NCBI GenBank assembly: GCA_046314355.1
Contig: JBKBWQ010000001.1
Coordinates: forward strand, 1,216,001-1,280,000
Source of the DNA: Candidatus Altimarinota bacterium
Lineage (GTDB): Bacteria; Patescibacteriota; Gracilibacteria; 1-14-2-50-48-13
Length of the DNA stretch: 64,000 nt
Direction of reading: 5' to 3'
Position 1 is the first letter of the stretch, and every line of letters starts with the position of its first letter. The position numbers and the translations under genes are program-made. This document shows, one piece after another, positions 59,560 through 64,000 of the stretch. The notes under the pieces were generated by a model. That model was not told the DNA's origin and ran no database searches. It saw nothing but the letters and a program-made list of their open reading frames with translations.

Positions 59560-59922
59560 ATGTTTTATTATGCAATTTATGATAATAAAGAAAGAGAAGT
59601 GATGTGTGGTACGGTATCTGATGTACAACTCACGCAAAAAAAATCTGAAAAGTGTAAGGAATACGGTCTAGCAGATATTATCATTGTTACCTTCTCAGGA
59701 GGGGATAAGGTATTTATTCTTGATACAAACCATGCGTGTATCGGACGTGGTTCTTCTCTCGATGCTAAATTTGGACCTGTAAGTTATCAAGACATACAGT
59801 CATTCCTCTGGTTAGTTGTAAAAACTGAAATAAGACTAAAAAATATCAATATAAAAATTGACAGAGATGAAATACTTGAGGGAACCTTGGTTTTAAAATC
59901 ATTGCTCGCAAGAATAATTTAA
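59560..59922 (+). CDS. Orphan hypothetical protein
   Basis: 120-aa ORF with AAGGAG SD and upstream TTGACT; shares a terminator with nusA. Confidence 0.6.
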   Translation: MFYYAIYDNKEREVMCGTVSDVQLTQKKSEKCKEYGLADIIIVTFSGGDKVFILDTNHACIGRGSSLDAKFGPVSYQDIQSFLWLVVKTEIRLKNINIKIDRDEILEGTLVLKSLLARII

Positions 59923-59932
59923 ATAAATATTA

Positions 59933-59973
59933 AAGAGCTCCCCCGCGTCAAACGCGGCAGGGAGCTTTTCTTT
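59933..59973. terminator. Bidirectional terminator
   Basis: AAGAGCTCCCC...GGGAGCTTTTC between convergent genes. Confidence 0.7.
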
Positions 59974-59985
59974 ACCTCTACTAAA

Positions 59986-61320
59986 TTATGCTTTATCTGC
60001 TGCTGCCTTAATCTTCTCAGCACTTGCCTTACCGATACCACCGATCATAGTAAGATCCTCTACACTCATCTGCTTCACTGTACTGATATCTTTGATACCT
60101 CCACCGATAAGCTTCTTCTTTGCAGAATCTGCAATATCGAGATTGTCGATGCTATCATCAGCTCCGCCTTTTTCGATGTCCTTCTTAGGCTTCTTTGCTT
60201 CTTTCTTTGGAGCTTCTTCTCCCTCAGCAGCTTCTGTCTCTGCAGCCTCTTCCTTTGGAAGTTTGGCTTCTTTCAGTTCTGTAATATCATGAAGATTGAT
60301 CTCATATCCAGTAAGGATAGATGCGAGACGTACATTCTGTCCTGCCCGTCCGATGGCAAGTGGTCTCTGGTCTGTAGGAACATAGACATCAGCTACTCTT
60401 TTCTTCTGATCAAGCTCTATGACAGAGATCTTAGCAGGGGAAAGTGCCTGAGAAATATACTTCTCAATATCATCGCTGTAAGCCACGATATCGATCATCT
60501 CATTATTGATCTCATCCATAATTGTCTGGATACGTACACCTTTCTGTCCTACACATGCTCCGATCGGATCTACCTTTGGATCGTTACTTTTTACAGCAAC
60601 CTTAGTTCGTACTCCAGCTTCACGAGCAATTCCTTTGATCTCTACTATCTTTGTCTTTACTTCAGGGATTTCAAATTCAAAAAGTTTAGCTACGAGCTGC
60701 GGACTTTTTCGGGAGATCACGAGACGTGGTCCTTTTGTAGTCTGCTCAACAGTAGAAAGGTATACCTTGATACGCTGTCCAAGCTGGTACCGCTCAGACT
60801 GTACTCGCTCTTCACGTGGAAGTGGTATAGTGTTTCTGTCGATTTCTACATACACCATTCCTTTATCTACTCGGGATACCTGTGCAGTAAGTAACTCATC
60901 TTCTCTTTCTTTGAAAGTTTCGAACAAAATATCTCTTTCAGCTTCCTGAAGTCTCTGTAGGATTACCTGCTTTGCTGCCTGGGCTGCAATTCGTCCGAAG
61001 CCTGGAGGTGTAACGTCAATACGGATCTCGTCTCCTGCCTTTGCGTCTTTCTTGTATTTCTTTGCATCTGGTGCAAGAATCTGAAGCTCCTCAAATCCTT
61101 CTTCCTCTTCGTTATAAGTGTCTACTACCTGTCGTACTATATATACTGTAAAGAATCCTGATTCGTCGTCTACAGTGACGTCGATATTCTGATCCTTGTT
61201 TCCAAAGTCTTTTCTGTAGGCTGTCTTGATGGCATCCTGTACTGCATGCATTACCTTGTCGCGGGGGATGTTTTTTTCCACGCAGAGCTGGTTGATGGCT
61301 GAGATGAACTGTTTGTTCAT
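59986..61320 (-). CDS. nusA: Transcription termination factor NusA
   Basis: FGRIAAQAAKQ, S1 and KH domains (AREAGVRTKVAV, GACVG, AIGRAGQNVRLA), C-terminal HhH. Confidence 0.98.
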   Translation of the reverse strand: MNKQFISAINQLCVEKNIPRDKVMHAVQDAIKTAYRKDFGNKDQNIDVTVDDESGFFTVYIVRQVVDTYNEEEEGFEELQILAPDAKKYKKDAKAGDEIRIDVTPPGFGRIAAQAAKQVILQRLQEAERDILFETFKEREDELLTAQVSRVDKGMVYVEIDRNTIPLPREERVQSERYQLGQRIKVYLSTVEQTTKGPRLVISRKSPQLVAKLFEFEIPEVKTKIVEIKGIAREAGVRTKVAVKSNDPKVDPIGACVGQKGVRIQTIMDEINNEMIDIVAYSDDIEKYISQALSPAKISVIELDQKKRVADVYVPTDQRPLAIGRAGQNVRLASILTGYEINLHDITELKEAKLPKEEAAETEAAEGEEAPKKEAKKPKKDIEKGGADDSIDNLDIADSAKKKLIGGGIKDISTVKQMSVEDLTMIGGIGKASAEKIKAAADKA

Positions 61321-61471
61321 GGTATGAAGAATAATAAATAGGCTTTTTAAAAATGCGCATACTCCACATTAGGAAGTATACGTTATTTGTAGATATATAG
61401 TACACGGGAGTGGGGAGAATGTAAATAGTTTGTCAGGGTACTGGTGATTTGGGGGTGTAGGTGTGTTGTTC

Positions 61472-61720
61472 TCACCTGCCGGTGGGGCTTTTTCTTTTGT
61501 AACCAAAAGAAACAAAAGTTTTGGGGGAGGAGAAAAGCGTCTAGCAAGATTGAGTGTGATCTAGAAGTGATCAGACGCTTCTCCTCCCCCAAACCCCCAG
61601 GGACGGTGCGGTCTAGATGAGGGCTCGAGTTACTAGTGGCTAGTGACTGTCACTAGCCACTAGTAACTACGCACCCAGGCGATGTACCTGCGGTACATGT
61701 CATAGGCTCAAGGGGGGAGA
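61472..61720 (+). repeat. ~250-nt structured dispersed repeat, copy 3
   Basis: Full-length match to 35461-35712 with compensatory changes. Confidence 0.9.
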
Positions 61721-61760
61721 GCCTATCCCCTGAGAAGGGGGACACAGGGGGTTTGAGCCT
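61718..61760. repeat. 43-bp G/C-run repeat (inverted copy at 63825-63867, partial copy at 56619-56645)
   Basis: Reverse complement AGGCTCAAACCCCCTGTGTCCCCCTTCTCAGGGGATAGGCTCT. Confidence 0.8.
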
Positions 61761-61838
61761 CTAGCCCGACAGCTCTTAAGCTAGACAAACTGGGTTATCT
61801 TTACTATGGTGATAAGGTACATTTTCTCTCTGATTCTT

Positions 61839-63083
61839 ATGAAATACAAAATTTTTCTTTCGGGCTTACTTGTAGCCTTTGCGGTGGTTCTTTCTCCTGT
61901 TACTGCATATGCTGCTTCTAGTGTTGCTTGGTCACAGGTTTCTCAGACTTTAGATATCCTTCATGGAGACGAGATTGGTAGTAAAGGGGATAGTTTTTTT
62001 AATAATTTAGCTAAGAAAACGGGCACGGTAACTGTGTCTGCATTTTTTGATGCGTACCGTAGTATGGATAGTATGCTGCCTATTGATGCGCAGTCTATGC
62101 CGGCTTCTCAGATGGTCTCTCCTATGATCTCTGCGCGTGCGAGGGGTTTTATAGATACTGCTGTAAAAGGTTCTGATCTTGTGACGCCTGAGCTTTTTGC
62201 GTCTATCAGTGCAAGAGATATGATCGTACAGAAGTATAAGCCGTATATTATGAAATTTGAGCGCGGTCTTGTCCGTTCTCCTGCAGAGGTAAATGAAAAG
62301 AGTTTTTCTTCGAGAGTAGAAATAAAAGAAATCCTCGTAAGATACAATGGATATCTTTCAAGAGCGGAACTTCCAGATTGGATGAAGAAGGAGCTCGGTA
62401 ACAGAAAAAATCAGTTTATCGCACTTGATAAAGTACTAGAGCGGAAAGAGAAGGAAGCGCAGGCTCTTGTAAAAGAGGATCTTTCAAAACAGCGTGTAGA
62501 ACTTGCTGTAAAGTTTTATAAGCAGCAGAGGAATCTCTCTTGTGAGATGGCAAGTCTCCGAAGTCTCCTCTCTTTTTATGGAAAGGAAGTCGCAGAGAAG
62601 GACCTGCTTGCAACTCTTGGTGTAGATGGTCCAGTGAAAATGACAGACGGAGTATGGGGAGATCCTCAAAAAGGATTTGTAGGTAATGTGGATGGCAAAC
62701 AGGCTACTAAAACTGGGTATGGTACATATTGGCAGGCTGTGGCGCGGGTGGGTGCAAGCTATTACGATAAGATAGGATATTTTGAAGGATCATCAGTATC
62801 TTTCCTTACATCCTCGATCCTTGAAGGAAAGCCAGTGATCATATGGGGACTATTACCTGCTACTGGAGGGAATTTTGAGATTACATGGAAGACAGAGGAA
62901 GGAAAAAGTGTGACTGGGTATAATGGAGAGCACTCTTATCTTGTCTATGGGTTTGTAGGTCCGAAAGAAGCTCCTACAAAAATCCTAGTGGTAGATCCAT
63001 GGTACGGTTATAAAGAAATTGACACGGCTAAGTTTGACGGCTTCTGGTCAAAGTTTGGAAGAAGCGGAGTGCGTGTCCAATAG
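61839..63083 (+). CDS. Secreted C39-like (YvpB-type) cysteine peptidase
   Basis: Signal peptide ..AYA; QQRNLSCEMASL (Cys), GDPQKGFVG, EHSYLVYG (His), VDPW (Asp). Confidence 0.85.
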   Translation: MKYKIFLSGLLVAFAVVLSPVTAYAASSVAWSQVSQTLDILHGDEIGSKGDSFFNNLAKKTGTVTVSAFFDAYRSMDSMLPIDAQSMPASQMVSPMISARARGFIDTAVKGSDLVTPELFASISARDMIVQKYKPYIMKFERGLVRSPAEVNEKSFSSRVEIKEILVRYNGYLSRAELPDWMKKELGNRKNQFIALDKVLERKEKEAQALVKEDLSKQRVELAVKFYKQQRNLSCEMASLRSLLSFYGKEVAEKDLLATLGVDGPVKMTDGVWGDPQKGFVGNVDGKQATKTGYGTYWQAVARVGASYYDKIGYFEGSSVSFLTSSILEGKPVIIWGLLPATGGNFEITWKTEEGKSVTGYNGEHSYLVYGFVGPKEAPTKILVVDPWYGYKEIDTAKFDGFWSKFGRSGVRVQ

Positions 63084-63189
63084 GCATATCCGCAGAATGT
63101 AAATACAGAATCTATGCAAGAACAATGCGTTTACACTGATATGTGCATGTCATATAATGAATCTGTACCTTTAATTAAAAACTATATTT

Positions 63190-63816
63190 ATGTCATATTT
63201 AGTACCTACAGTTATCGAAAAGACTCCCATGGGAGAGCGCGCGTATGATATCTATTCAAGACTCCTCAAGGACCGTGTTATTTTCATGAGCGGTCAGGTG
63301 ACGGATGAGTCAGCAAGTATTGTCATTGCGCAGCTTTTATTCCTACAGAGTGAAGATCCTAAAAAAGATATCGTCATGTATATCAATTCTCCGGGCGGAT
63401 CAGTATCAGCAGGAATGGCCATCTATGATACAATGCAGTATCTGAGCTGTGACGTCTCTACCGTGTGTATTGGTCTTGCTGCAAGTATGGGGTCAGTTCT
63501 TCTCATGGCAGGAGCGAGAGGAAAAAGATTTATTCTTCCTCATGCTGAGGTCATGATCCATCAGCCGCTTATGCAGGGATTAGGTGGACAGGCATCAGAT
63601 ATTGAAATCTATGCAAAACACATCGTAAGAACAAAGGATATTCTTCATAATCTCTACGAGCTTCATACCGGTGAATCAGTAGATAAGATCGTGAAGGATA
63701 TGGACCGTGATAATTTCCTCACGGCAGAGCAGGCTATAAAATACGGTAAATTTGGTCTTGTGGATAAAATCATCGAACACAATACTACACGGCTTACATA
63801 TTTGAAAAAGAAATAG
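63190..63816 (+). CDS. clpP: ATP-dependent Clp protease proteolytic subunit
   Basis: [32 protein letters not shown]. Confidence 0.98.
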   Translation: MSYLVPTVIEKTPMGERAYDIYSRLLKDRVIFMSGQVTDESASIVIAQLLFLQSEDPKKDIVMYINSPGGSVSAGMAIYDTMQYLSCDVSTVCIGLAASMGSVLLMAGARGKRFILPHAEVMIHQPLMQGLGGQASDIEIYAKHIVRTKDILHNLYELHTGESVDKIVKDMDRDNFLTAEQAIKYGKFGLVDKIIEHNTTRLTYLKKK

Positions 63817-63824
63817 TCATCTAT

Positions 63825-63867
63825 AGGCTCAAACCCCCTGTATCCCCCTTGTCAGGGGGAAGGCTCT
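63825..63867. repeat. 43-bp G/C-run repeat
   Basis: AGGCTCAAACCCCCTGTATCCCCCTTGTCAGGGGGAAGGCTCT. Confidence 0.8.
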
Positions 63868-63911
63868 TGGGTCTACATTAATTCTTACTTATCAATTCTT
63901 ATCCTCAACCC

Positions 63912-64000
63912 ATGTATATCAGAGTCAATTATCTGAGGAAGAACGCAATGCATGATCTGGAAATACCCAGAGAAAAAAGTGCTGAGTTCAAGCAGGGTGA
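63912..64000 (+). CDS. 5' fragment of a CDS running off the window (possibly PSP1/RicT-like)
   Basis: ATG open to the window end: MYIRVNYLRKNAMHDLEIPREKSAEFKQG. Confidence 0.45.
   Translation, partial: MYIRVNYLRKNAMHDLEIPREKSAEFKQG

Noticed and set aside
55449-60949. Long antisense ORFs (55449, 56007, 60289, 60506, also 7095 and 42375)
   Set aside because: They are shadows of pcrA, nusA and the SLH genes, with no recognisable motifs.
1-64000. Genetic code 25 (UGA=Gly)
   Set aside because: Conserved genes are full-length with no internal TGA, prfB is present, and TGA ends two genes just before terminators.

Overview
About 64 kb of AT-rich bacterial chromosome, translated with standard code 11. 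Gene content points to a CPR/Patescibacteria organism, most like Peregrinibacteria or a related Gracilibacteria-class lineage (inference): four SLH-domain surface proteins, a CPR-type VirD4-like ATPase, type-2 ValRS, cfa, and scattered housekeeping genes. Housekeeping genes are glyA, ndk, rlmN, rpsF-ssb-rpsR, gdh, valS, def, prfB, ftsI-like PBP, pcrA, gmk, nusA and clpP. RNA genes are tRNA-Ile(GAT) and an enlarged RNase P RNA. There is a >8 kb modular SLH surface protein and a small MazF toxin-antitoxin plus ImmA/IrrE islet. No CRISPR array, rRNA or transposase was seen. The most unusual signals are: (1) about nine isolated orphan genes that, unlike the core genes, carry Shine-Dalgarno motifs, often after a shared TTGAAAAT motif; they encode regulator- or effector-like proteins (AcrVA2/FinQ-like, lone receiver domain, SixA-like phosphatase, XRE-like) and hold the only two TGA stops; (2) several dispersed structured repeat families, including a 14-bp modular palindrome and a ~250-nt covarying element; (3) near-absence of UGA stops alongside an RF2 gene that lacks its frameshift. 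All assignments are by eye, with no database searches.
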